Below are positions 37,587-46,932 of a DNA stretch of 64,000 nt, piece after piece. The stretch comes from Spirochaetia bacterium (GTDB lineage: Bacteria > Spirochaetota > Spirochaetia > DSM-2461): contig CAXXIA010000002.1 in the NCBI GenBank assembly GCA_963666985.2, positions 2,848,001 to 2,912,000 of the forward strand, in the 5' to 3' direction. Positions within the stretch are counted from its first letter, which is position 1. Each line of letters begins with the position of its first letter. The notes under the pieces were generated by a model. That model ran no database searches and was not told where the DNA came from. It was given only the letters and a program-made list of their open reading frames with translations. Position numbers and translations under genes: made by a program.

Positions 37587-38963
37587 ATGGAATATATTGT
37601 CGCTTCATGCTCGGATCAGTCGGTCGTTGAAAGAATTCGCAAAGTCGTTGAAGAGGATTTTCCCAATGAGTTTCTTCTCCAGTTTCCTACAAGCGAAAAA
37701 GCGATTGTCGAACGGCTCAATTTCGAACTTCCGGAATTGGTTCTCATCAACTTTTCCGATGATGGTTTGGATCCCGGGTATTTGAAAGATCAGATTTTAA
37801 GCGACGCCTGGCTGCATAATTTCGGCATCGTGGGTCTCTACGACAGAAAGAAGAATCAGGAAGAAGAGATTCTCGAAGAGAATAAGGATATCAACCTTCT
37901 CACCCTGATTGATTTTACGCGAATCGAGAGTCATCTGGGCAAGACGTTGCGAATCATCAATGCCAACAGGCAGCTGATTTTTCAGGGATTTCTGGCGGAC
38001 AAACTCGTGAATCGGATGACGGGATCTTTTCAGATTGATAATTACGACTATCTGGTGGCGCCGGTCTACGGAGGCCTTCTGGCCATCAGCCTTGTACGTA
38101 TGGGAAAAATTCCTTCGGCGGAACGGCACGGCGTGCAGATGGCGTTAAGCGAGCTTATATTGAATTCCATCGAACACGGCAACTGCGGGATCAGCTACTC
38201 CGAGAAAACACAGTGGCTCGCCACCGGAGAGGCCATTTATGAACTTATCGTGGATCGCTGTAAGGATCCGAAAACGGCAAAAAAGAAGGTAAACCTGGAT
38301 TGGGATATCGGGGACGATCTCTGTAAGTTCGTTATTAGGGACGAAGGTGACGGCTTCGACGTCCTGGCCTTTCGGGATAAGCTGAAAAACGATGCGAACG
38401 ACCGGCTGCACGGGCGAGGAATCGTCATGGCTCAGATGGTCGCCAGCAAGCTTTTCTATAACAAAAAGGGTGATAAGGTGACGATGATTATCACTCTGGA
38501 CCATGATGTTTCCAATATCGCCCCCGCTGGTTTCTCCGGCGAAGAGGTGATTCAGGTGAAAGCCGGCGATACCCTGATGCGGGCCGGAGAGTTCGGCGAC
38601 TGTATCTATTACATTTCCAGCGGGAAGTATACGGTTTATTTCCGTGAGAATCCGGTGGGCCGCATCACGCCGGCGGATATTTTCATGGGCGAAATGGCCT
38701 TTTTACTCAACAATGCCCGGAGCGCCACCGTTGTTGCCGATACCCCCGGACAAGTCATCAAAATCCCGAGGAAATCCTTCATTGAAGTCGTGAAAAACTA
38801 TCCGCAGTACTCCATTTTCCTCTCCAAGATTCTCGCGCAGAAACTTGTCAGAGCCAATGAAAGCGCCGCCGCCGAATTTGCCCCCATTCGGACGGATTCC
38901 GACGCCGGTATCGAGTCCGATGCCGCATCCGATTTCGCGGAAGCGGATGCGGCATCCTTTTAG
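37587..38963 (+). CDS. REC-like / RsbW-type HATPase / cyclic-nucleotide-binding multidomain protein
   Basis: LSELILNSIEHGN, IRDEGDGFD, HGRGI (anti-sigma kinase-type ATPase); GEMAFLLNNARSAT cNMP cassette. Confidence 0.85.
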   Translation: MEYIVASCSDQSVVERIRKVVEEDFPNEFLLQFPTSEKAIVERLNFELPELVLINFSDDGLDPGYLKDQILSDAWLHNFGIVGLYDRKKNQEEEILEENKDINLLTLIDFTRIESHLGKTLRIINANRQLIFQGFLADKLVNRMTGSFQIDNYDYLVAPVYGGLLAISLVRMGKIPSAERHGVQMALSELILNSIEHGNCGISYSEKTQWLATGEAIYELIVDRCKDPKTAKKKVNLDWDIGDDLCKFVIRDEGDGFDVLAFRDKLKNDANDRLHGRGIVMAQMVASKLFYNKKGDKVTMIITLDHDVSNIAPAGFSGEEVIQVKAGDTLMRAGEFGDCIYYISSGKYTVYFRENPVGRITPADIFMGEMAFLLNNARSATVVADTPGQVIKIPRKSFIEVVKNYPQYSIFLSKILAQKLVRANESAAAEFAPIRTDSDAGIESDAASDFAEADAASF

Positions 38964-40561
38964 TCGGAAGCAGTCGGTTTCGATATTTCATCCGCGGCAA
39001 TCGCGGCGGTTACTTCGGCCTGTTTTTCCGGCGTGAGGTTCCAAAGGAACCGGTAGGCGATAAAGACGACGAGCATGCAGAGTGAGGGGACTCCGATGGT
39101 GAGGAATTTGATCCCCCGAAGGGTCGCCGCGGACTGCACCGCCGCTTCGGCCTTGTAGCCGATATGTCCTAACCCGGCGCCGGCGACGAATCCCGCGAAG
39201 GCCTGCCCCATTTTTCTCATGAAACTGTAGGAGCCGTAGATCACGCCCTCCTGACGGGCACCCGAAAGATATTGGTTGTAGTCGATGCAGTCCGACACCT
39301 GCCCCCAAACGAGCATGTTCGGAATCATCAATAAAAATGCGGCGGCAAGGCTGAACGAGAGATACGGCCAGGGATGCGACGGTAAAGCCAGAAGAATCAT
39401 ATAAAGAAGAGCCGAGGCGAGAGCGGCCGTCCAGCTCGTCGTTTTGGTGCCGAATTTTTTTACCAGACGGGGAATGGCCGGCGCCGCGATAATCATCGGT
39501 CCCAGGGCGATGACTCCGGTGAAGCCCAGAAGCTCCAGGGCATTCAGGTTTTCCCGGAAATAATAAATATTCATGGCGCCGTTCACCATAAGACCGGTCT
39601 GCATGGCCACGGAGGCCAGGGAGACGGCGAGGAACGGCCGATTCCGGATAAGAACCTTGAAAGAATCCTTAATGGAAAACGGCGCCTCGGTTTCCGCCGT
39701 ATGTTCGACCGTTTCTTCGGTCATGAAGTACGAGGCGATATAGCCTGCGAAGGAGAGGAGGCCGAGAAGGGCGGCCGCGAGCAAAAATCCTTTTTCTTCA
39801 TTATCCGCGAAGGTTACAAGAAAGGCCGGCACCACCGATCGAACGCCGACGGCGCCGATGAGTCCTCCGATGCCGCGGGAAACCGACAGAACCGATCGTT
39901 CCACCGGATCGCGGGTTATAACGGCGGCCAAAGAGCCGTAGGGAATATTGATGAAGGTATAGGCCATGCCCCAAGCGATGTAGGTAGCGTAGGCCCAAAT
40001 GAGTTTCTGGGACGGGGAGAGTCCCGGAGGCGCAAAAAACATCAGGACGGCCGTTACAACAACCGGCCAGCTCCCTTTAAGGAGGTAGGGGCGGAACTTT
40101 TCGGTGCGCTTCGCCGGATTCCCGCCGTGCCTTTGAGAAGCGGAGGCAGGGGAGAGGTGCGGGCCTTTTGGAGTGGCCGAAACTGGGCTGGGTTTGCTGA
40201 TGTTCTCATCTTCGTGTATTCCCTTGCCGCGTTTTATCTCGCCGCCGTGTATTCTAACCTCGCGCGTCAAAACGCCGCGCCGACGTGCGGATTCGATGCG
40301 GATGAGCCGGCGGCGGAAGAGTTTATCCGCCAAGGCTCCCATGAGGGGATCGTTAACCGCATCCCAAATACGGGCGGCGAGAAAGAGAGTTCCCGCCGCC
40401 AAAGCGGAAAGACCCAGAACGTCGGTATAAAAGGCGATAAGGAATGTGGATGAGAGTCCGAAGGTAAGACCGTTGGCCAAATCTCCGATACCGTATCCGA
40501 TTTTTTGTACGTTCGTCAGATGTTCGGCTTTGGATTTGTTCTTAATGGAGAACCTCCGCAT
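38960..40561 (-). CDS. glycoside-pentoside-hexuronide (MelB-family) cation symporter
   Basis: GYGIGD, RIWDAVNDPLMG, KFRPY, NIPYGSL, R.EG..YG; long insertion in loop 2-3. Confidence 0.92.
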   Translation of the reverse strand: MRRFSIKNKSKAEHLTNVQKIGYGIGDLANGLTFGLSSTFLIAFYTDVLGLSALAAGTLFLAARIWDAVNDPLMGALADKLFRRRLIRIESARRRGVLTREVRIHGGEIKRGKGIHEDENISKPSPVSATPKGPHLSPASASQRHGGNPAKRTEKFRPYLLKGSWPVVVTAVLMFFAPPGLSPSQKLIWAYATYIAWGMAYTFINIPYGSLAAVITRDPVERSVLSVSRGIGGLIGAVGVRSVVPAFLVTFADNEEKGFLLAAALLGLLSFAGYIASYFMTEETVEHTAETEAPFSIKDSFKVLIRNRPFLAVSLASVAMQTGLMVNGAMNIYYFRENLNALELLGFTGVIALGPMIIAAPAIPRLVKKFGTKTTSWTAALASALLYMILLALPSHPWPYLSFSLAAAFLLMIPNMLVWGQVSDCIDYNQYLSGARQEGVIYGSYSFMRKMGQAFAGFVAGAGLGHIGYKAEAAVQSAATLRGIKFLTIGVPSLCMLVVFIAYRFLWNLTPEKQAEVTAAIAADEISKPTASD

Positions 40562-40638
40562 CCCGCCTGAAATTCTTCATTTTCGTTTTTTACGATAGTT
40601 CGGTTAGATCATTATTAAGAGAAGACCGTCCGGAATCA

Positions 40639-41763
40639 TCAGTCGGTTAGAACCCTGGAACGCTCAAAGAGCGGATTGCTGATTGCCGAGAGAACGGCAT
40701 CCGCTTTCGCGGGATTCAGAGGCAGGATTCTGATTTCTCCCTTTGATCCGTCTCTTCCGGGCCTGCCGTCTCGTCCCGTATGAACAAAACCGCTTTCCGT
40801 ACGGCCGGAATCTCCGCCGTCGCCTCCCTCTCCGCCGCGGCCGCCGTCCGCATTAACGGAGATGAAATCAAGAATCGCCGGATCCCGATAGTAAAGAATC
40901 ACCTCTCCGCCGTCGCCTCCGTCCCCGCCGCGCCCGCCGTCTCCGCCTTCGGCCGGGTGCCTCTTCGGGCTTTGAGCCTGCGGCTGCACGTCCGCCCCAC
41001 CGGGCTCGGAGATTTCGCCGTTAGCATCCGGCTTCTCTTTTTCTTCGGTCTCTTCAGGGATAAAGACATCTTCACCATCCGCGCCGAATCCGCCGTTTCC
41101 GCCGCGTGCGTCAACAAAGAGATGCAGAGGAGCCAGATTTGCCGATTTCTCCGACGGATTGACAATCAGAATCATCGTGTCGGAATTAAAATTCGTGATA
41201 TTCAGATCTGAGATATCATAAAAAAAGGCGTAAAGAACGGCATTCTTTCCATCTTCACCGTTCTTGCCCCGCTCACCGGGTCTGCCGTTTCCGGCGGTAG
41301 AAACGTCGGCATACAAAAAGCCGTCCGCGCCGTCGGCCCCTCCGTAGCTCAAAGTCAGGGGTTCCCACCAGTCAACAGGCCATTGGAAGACTTTTTCTTC
41401 GAACGATTGTTTTTCCACTCCGATTCCAAGGGAGAATTTTTGTTCTTTAATGAGCAGGAACATGTCCGAAGTGGATTCAAGGACGATGGAGAGAGGTTTT
41501 CGCTTTTTCAGGTTAAGTGTTCCGTTCTCACTGGAAATAAGGAACCCTGTGTGGTTCGGACGGTCTATCCGATTTCCTTCTCTGTCCGTAACGAGGATTT
41601 TGATTTTATATTCCCGGCCGGGGATTAAGTATTCCGTGCCGCCGGATTCTTCATCGGAAAAAACCGGCATAACATCCGCTATGTCGACTTTGGAAAGATC
41701 GGTCGTCAGACAGCCGCTGAGCAGAAAGAGAAGCGCTATAACCGGTAATCTGATTTTTTTCAT
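40639..41763 (-). CDS. lipoprotein with Gly-rich G-X-X repeat blocks
   Basis: Lipobox LLSGC; GADGADG, GNGRPGERGKNGEDG, GGDGGRGGDGGDGG, GRDGRPGRDG. Confidence 0.8.
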   Translation of the reverse strand: MKKIRLPVIALLFLLSGCLTTDLSKVDIADVMPVFSDEESGGTEYLIPGREYKIKILVTDREGNRIDRPNHTGFLISSENGTLNLKKRKPLSIVLESTSDMFLLIKEQKFSLGIGVEKQSFEEKVFQWPVDWWEPLTLSYGGADGADGFLYADVSTAGNGRPGERGKNGEDGKNAVLYAFFYDISDLNITNFNSDTMILIVNPSEKSANLAPLHLFVDARGGNGGFGADGEDVFIPEETEEKEKPDANGEISEPGGADVQPQAQSPKRHPAEGGDGGRGGDGGDGGEVILYYRDPAILDFISVNADGGRGGEGGDGGDSGRTESGFVHTGRDGRPGRDGSKGEIRILPLNPAKADAVLSAISNPLFERSRVLTD

Positions 41764-41868
41764 GTGATTCTCCGGATGTCTTGACGACCGATAGCGGCCG
41801 GCCGCGCGGAATCTTTTTTCAGCCGTGCCGTGCCCGCTCCATCCATGATGGTGTCGGCGGAAAGTCTT

Positions 41869-43650
41869 TTATTCCGCCTTCTCCTCCGGCACAATCGCCA
41901 GTCTCAGATCGGCCAGCTGCGCCGCATCCACCTCCGAAGGACTTTCATCCATGGGGCTGATCCCTTGGGTGTTCTTCGGGAAGGCGATGACGTCGCGGAT
42001 GGTTTCCATCTTGGCCATCACCATGACCATGCGGTCGAAGCCCACGGCCAAGCCCGCATGCGGCGGCGCGCCGTAGCGGAACGCTTCCAGAAGGAACCCG
42101 AAGCGGCGTTCGGCTTCGTCCTTCGGAAAACCGACAATGTCGAAGACTCGTGACTGAATGGCCGGATCGTGGATACGCACCGAGCCGGAGGCCAGTTCGT
42201 TGCCGTTGAGCACCATATCATACAGATCGCCGAGAACCTCTCCCGGATGTTCTTCCATGGTTTCGATAAAACGATCCTGCGGCATGGAAAACATATGGTG
42301 GGCCGGCTCCCAGGCACCGGTTTCTTCGTTTTTCTCGAAAAGCGGGAAATCCACCACCCAGCAGAATTCAAACCGATTCGGATCGGCCAGGCCCAAATCT
42401 TTGCCGAGTTTTACCCGCACCGCTCCCAGCGATTCCACCGCTGTTTTCCAATCGGCTCCCATGAGCAGAATCAGGTCGCCGGCTTTCGCTCCGAGCCCCT
42501 CGGTGATGGAGCCCGCTTGGTTCCCATAGAATTTCGATACTCCGCCGTCAAGACCATCGGGGGTTACCTTCATCCAGGCCAATCCCTTGGCGCCGCGTTT
42601 TTTCGCTTCCTCTTCAAGCTCGGTAATTTTCTTGCGGGAGTAGGCTTCGCCCGCGCCTTTGACAACCATGGCCTTTACCGCGCCGCCTGATTCCAGAACC
42701 GATTTGAACACGCCGAAATCCGATGCGGGAACAAAGGGCGCGAAATCCAGGAACTTCATTTCGTAGCGCAGATCCGGCTTGTCCGATCCGTAGGAATCCA
42801 TGGCATCCCGCCAGGAAAGCCTGGGAAACGGCGCGGGGATATCGATGCCCAAAACGTCTTTAAAGGTTCTGGCCATCATGCCTTCAACCAGCTTGAGCAC
42901 GTCGTCCCGCCCGGCGAAGCTCATTTCCAGGTCGATCTGCGTGAACTCGGGCTGACGGTCGCCGCGGGAATCCTCGTCGCGATAGCAGCGGGCAATCTGG
43001 TAATAGCGGTCCGTGCCCCCGGCCATCAGAATTTGTTTATAGAGCTGGGGCGACTGCGGAAGGGCGTAGAACTTGCCGGCGTTGATGCGGGAGGGCACCA
43101 GCCAGTCCCGGGCGCCCTCGGGGGTGGATTTAATGAACGTGGGCGTTTCGATTTCCCAAAAGCCCTGTTCGGTCAGGTAGCTGCGTGCGGCCCAGGCGGC
43201 TTTGTGGCGCAGTTCGATGCGCTTTCGCATGCCTTCGGTGCGCAAATCCAGGTAGCGGTATTTCAGGCGCAGGTTTTCGTTCGGTTCGTCTTCTCCTTCA
43301 ATCATGAAGGGAAGGGCCGGGCAGGTGTTGAGAATCTTAAGGTCGGTAATGGAAAGTTCAACGGCGCCGGTGCTCATGTCGGGATTCACCATGCCTTCGG
43401 GCCGGGCCCTGACGATGCCCGTAACGGCCACGCAGTATTCCATCTTCAGCTCGCCGGCCGCACTTTTCAGTGCGTCGGAAGCCTCTTCGTCAATCACTGC
43501 CTGGGTAATGCCGTAGCGGTCGCGGATGTTGAGGAAATGGACTCCTCCGTGGTCGCGGTTCCGGTGAATCCAGCCGTTGAGAATGACGGTTTTTCCGACA
43601 TCGCCGATATTCAATTCGCCGCAGGTGGCGGTGCGTTTATTCTGTTCCAT
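41869..43650 (-). CDS. aspS: aspartate--tRNA ligase
   Basis: RDHGG OB-fold, YRYLDLR, PQSPQLYKQ, RQPEFTQID, GAPPHAG. Confidence 0.98.
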   Translation of the reverse strand: MEQNKRTATCGELNIGDVGKTVILNGWIHRNRDHGGVHFLNIRDRYGITQAVIDEEASDALKSAAGELKMEYCVAVTGIVRARPEGMVNPDMSTGAVELSITDLKILNTCPALPFMIEGEDEPNENLRLKYRYLDLRTEGMRKRIELRHKAAWAARSYLTEQGFWEIETPTFIKSTPEGARDWLVPSRINAGKFYALPQSPQLYKQILMAGGTDRYYQIARCYRDEDSRGDRQPEFTQIDLEMSFAGRDDVLKLVEGMMARTFKDVLGIDIPAPFPRLSWRDAMDSYGSDKPDLRYEMKFLDFAPFVPASDFGVFKSVLESGGAVKAMVVKGAGEAYSRKKITELEEEAKKRGAKGLAWMKVTPDGLDGGVSKFYGNQAGSITEGLGAKAGDLILLMGADWKTAVESLGAVRVKLGKDLGLADPNRFEFCWVVDFPLFEKNEETGAWEPAHHMFSMPQDRFIETMEEHPGEVLGDLYDMVLNGNELASGSVRIHDPAIQSRVFDIVGFPKDEAERRFGFLLEAFRYGAPPHAGLAVGFDRMVMVMAKMETIRDVIAFPKNTQGISPMDESPSEVDAAQLADLRLAIVPEEKAE

Positions 43651-43880
43651 AGCCGTGAATCTATCATGGTTGGAGGGGGGGAGGAAAGATTATGAGTGTT
43701 TTCGGGTACGAAGTTTACAGGGTAATTGCCGAAGCTCATCGGTACAGACTTTCCGTTTTATCCGCGCGGACTTTTGGTGTCTGAATAATCGCGGCCTCAA
43801 GACCTTGCCAAATTGCCTTTCGGCCGGGGATCTGCTACCATCACAACGCTGATAAATCATCGTTCATCTGGTGTTGTTGA

Positions 43881-44780
43881 GTGAATTTCGCCCGTCTTGA
43901 ATATTTCCTCGCCGCGGCACACTGCCTGAATTTTACCAAGGCCGCGAATCTTGTCTGCATTACACAACCTTCTTTGAGTAAACAAATTGCCATTCTGGAA
44001 AGCGAGATCGGCGTTAAACTTTTCGATCGGTCAAACAGGGCTCTCCGCCTGACTCCCGCGGGAAAATTTATGCTCGGTGAATGTGAGAACATCCTGACCA
44101 ATCTGGATGAAATTGTTGAACAGACCCGTTTAATCGGTCGTCAGTCTCGGGACTCTTTTTCCATCGGCTGTATCGAATCGATATACATAGGAGAAACCGC
44201 CGAGAAAATTCTGAAAAAGTTCACCGGAAGGTTCTCTAAAATCGATATGTTTCTTGAGCGCTGCAATTTTGAAGAACTGCGGACAAAATTGCTTGAGGGG
44301 ACCATCGATATCGCTTTTACGCTTTCGTTTCATCTTCAGAAAATGAAGGATCTTTCTTATGTTGAACTTGAAGAGCGGTCTTCACAGCTCACAATCTCCG
44401 TTGATCATCCTCTGGCCCAAAAAGAGGCGATTTCTTTTCAGGATCTTAAAGGAGAGACCATTCTTTTTCTTGAGGAAGCAAAACAGTTGAATCTGCATCA
44501 GGATATTCTTGATAAGTGCGAATCGGTCGGTTTTACACCGGATATTCGATACGTTCCGACGAATGAAACGGTTTTAAGTTATCTGGATTTGAATATGGGT
44601 GTTACTTTTTATGATAAGAGCGTCGGAATTAATCGGATCGGAAGGCTGAAGTTTTTCCCCACATCTTTGGGCGCCGATTTTTCTTTGGTTTGTGTCTGGA
44701 TGAAAAAGAATCCGAATCCCCTTGTTCGTGATTTTATTAAAATGCTTCCCAAAAGTTGTCAAATTAAAACATCCAAATAA
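43881..44780 (+). CDS. LysR-family transcriptional regulator
   Basis: NFTKAA…TQPSLSKQI..LE.EIG..LFDR HTH; substrate-binding domain. Confidence 0.94.
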   Translation: MNFARLEYFLAAAHCLNFTKAANLVCITQPSLSKQIAILESEIGVKLFDRSNRALRLTPAGKFMLGECENILTNLDEIVEQTRLIGRQSRDSFSIGCIESIYIGETAEKILKKFTGRFSKIDMFLERCNFEELRTKLLEGTIDIAFTLSFHLQKMKDLSYVELEERSSQLTISVDHPLAQKEAISFQDLKGETILFLEEAKQLNLHQDILDKCESVGFTPDIRYVPTNETVLSYLDLNMGVTFYDKSVGINRIGRLKFFPTSLGADFSLVCVWMKKNPNPLVRDFIKMLPKSCQIKTSK

Positions 44781-44786
44781 TTAATT

Positions 44787-44851
44787 ATTCCCTGAACGCA
44801 TGGAACCATAGGGAAAAGCAATTTTATTTTTTAATTATCGAATGCTAACCT
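44787..44851 (+). promoter_or_regulatory. putative LysR-type binding sites and extended -10 promoter of the sulfatase-TRAP operon
   Basis: Two AT-N11-AT boxes (44787-44801, 44808-44822) followed by TGcTAACCT 6 nt before the ATG. Confidence 0.5.
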
Positions 44852-44857
44852 TCCTCC

Positions 44858-46402
44858 ATGGGAAAAAAGCCTAATGTGATTTTGCTTCTTGCGGATGATT
44901 TGGGGATAGGCGATTTATCATGCTTTAACCCCGAATCGAAACTGAATACTGAAAATATCGACAAACTGGCTTCCGAAGGTTTGCGCTGCAGTGATGCTCA
45001 TGCAACGAGCGCCCTGTGTACCCCTTCGCGGTACGGGCTTTTAACGGGAAGATATAATTGGCGTTCCGCATTAAAGCAGGTTGTTTTAATGGGATTTGCC
45101 AAGCATCTCATTGAAGACGGACGAAGCACTCTCGGCACTCTCTTTAAGGATGCCGGATACAATACGGCCGCTGTCGGGAAGTGGCACTTGGGAATGGACT
45201 GGGATATCAGCGGAGACGATTCGGCCTTTCTCCCGAGTCAGCCGAAGGGCTTTGAAGTCCCCACTCCTGAGATCGATTATGAAAGTCAGGTGAAAAACGG
45301 TCCGAAGGAATTCGGATTCGATTACAGCTTTGTCACGCCGGGTTCGCTGGATATTGAACCGTACACGTTTGTTGAGAACGGCAGAGTGACTCGGTTTCCG
45401 TGCGAACTAACCGGATGTAAAAACTTTCGGGCCGCCTCCAAACGGGGAGTTGTTTCCGATTTTGAAGACATGCGTCTCAGCGAATGGCCCGAAGGTGCGA
45501 CTTCTCCCGACTATATCCATCGGAATGTTGTTCCTGATTCCGCCGACCGTGTTTTAAAGCTGATGGATGATTATGCCGCGAAAGAGGAGCCTTTTTTTAT
45601 CTATTATCCGATTCATGCTCCGCATCTTCCGTGCATCCCCACTCCGGAATTCAAAGGGAAATCGGCCGTTGGTCCTTATGGGGACATGGTTCTCATGATT
45701 GACGACATTACCGGAAGAATCATGAGGAAACTTGATGAATTGAAAATCGCCGAGGATACCATTTTCATTTTTACCAGCGACAACGGAAGTGAAATTTCCT
45801 ATCCGGACCTCGGGCATGAACCCAGCTATATCTACCGGGGGCATAAATCGGATATCTGGGAAGGCGGACACAGAATCCCCTATATCGTTCGCTGGCCCGG
45901 ACATGTTCCCGCGGGAATTGAATCGTCGCAGACGGTCAGCCTTGTCGATACATTCGCGACTCTTTCCGAAATCCTTGGGATGGAAGTTAAGGACGATGAA
46001 GCCGAGGACAGTTATTCCATTCTTCCAATTTGGCAAGGCTCCGAGAAAACCATCCGGGAATATACCGTACAAACCTCCGGAGGAGGCCGTTTCGCCATAC
46101 GAAAGGGGAAGTGGAAATTGGAAATGTGTCCGGGAAGCGGAGGTTTTGAACAGAGTGAAGATCCCGACCTGCCTCCGATCCAATTATACGATATGGACGC
46201 CGATGTCCGTGAAACCACGAATCTTTACGACCAATACCCGGAGGTTGTGGCGGAACTGACCGCCGCATTGACCGATTGCGTCTTGAACGGCCGCTCCACA
46301 CCGGGATTAAAGAGGAAGAATACCGGGCCGCAGTGGTGGCCGCAGCTGAATTGGATGAAAAATCCGGATGAGATATCCGTTGGGAAAGGTTTTGAGTCAT
46401 GA
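44858..46402 (+). CDS. arylsulfatase A-like sulfatase
   Basis: KPNVILLLADDLG, CTPSRYGLLTGR, GKWHLG, TSDNG, WEGGHR; no signal peptide. Confidence 0.95.
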   Translation: MGKKPNVILLLADDLGIGDLSCFNPESKLNTENIDKLASEGLRCSDAHATSALCTPSRYGLLTGRYNWRSALKQVVLMGFAKHLIEDGRSTLGTLFKDAGYNTAAVGKWHLGMDWDISGDDSAFLPSQPKGFEVPTPEIDYESQVKNGPKEFGFDYSFVTPGSLDIEPYTFVENGRVTRFPCELTGCKNFRAASKRGVVSDFEDMRLSEWPEGATSPDYIHRNVVPDSADRVLKLMDDYAAKEEPFFIYYPIHAPHLPCIPTPEFKGKSAVGPYGDMVLMIDDITGRIMRKLDELKIAEDTIFIFTSDNGSEISYPDLGHEPSYIYRGHKSDIWEGGHRIPYIVRWPGHVPAGIESSQTVSLVDTFATLSEILGMEVKDDEAEDSYSILPIWQGSEKTIREYTVQTSGGGRFAIRKGKWKLEMCPGSGGFEQSEDPDLPPIQLYDMDADVRETTNLYDQYPEVVAELTAALTDCVLNGRSTPGLKRKNTGPQWWPQLNWMKNPDEISVGKGFES

Positions 46403-46932
46403 ACAGATTCGGTAAGATTTGCGACAAAATCACAAACACGCTGTTTATCATCGGGATAGCCGCCATTTCACTTATGGTTCTATTGGTTTTTCTGGATGTG
46501 ATTCTGAGAAAAATCTTCTCCATATCCATCATCGGTGTTACCGAAATGACCCAAATGCTGTGGATCTGCATGATCTTGGGCTGGGGAAGAAGCGTTAAGG
46601 GACGAGATAATCTTTTTATCGATATTATTGTTGATCGGCTGCCGCCGAAACGGAAAGAACTTGTCGAGATTATTGTAACGGTCTTTATGATCCTGGTCAG
46701 CGCCCTGCTTGCCTGGCGCTGTTTCCAAAATGCTCTCTATAACAAGAGTAAGGGAACGATTTTCTCGCTTCTCGGAATTCAGACATATCCTTTCATCATC
46801 ATTCTCAGTCTCGGGTACGTCGGCGGATGTGTCGGACTGTTAAACAAGCTGCTAACCCATGTGGCCGCTTTATTCGGAATATCACATCGACAGCCGGGCT
46901 TTGTAGAGAAGGGAGCTGGTGAAGAAAAATGA
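46399..46932 (+). CDS. TRAP transporter small permease (DctQ)
   Basis: 4 TM; DVILR…G..E; IDII.DRLP. Confidence 0.88.
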   Translation: MNRFGKICDKITNTLFIIGIAAISLMVLLVFLDVILRKIFSISIIGVTEMTQMLWICMILGWGRSVKGRDNLFIDIIVDRLPPKRKELVEIIVTVFMILVSALLAWRCFQNALYNKSKGTIFSLLGIQTYPFIIILSLGYVGGCVGLLNKLLTHVAALFGISHRQPGFVEKGAGEEK

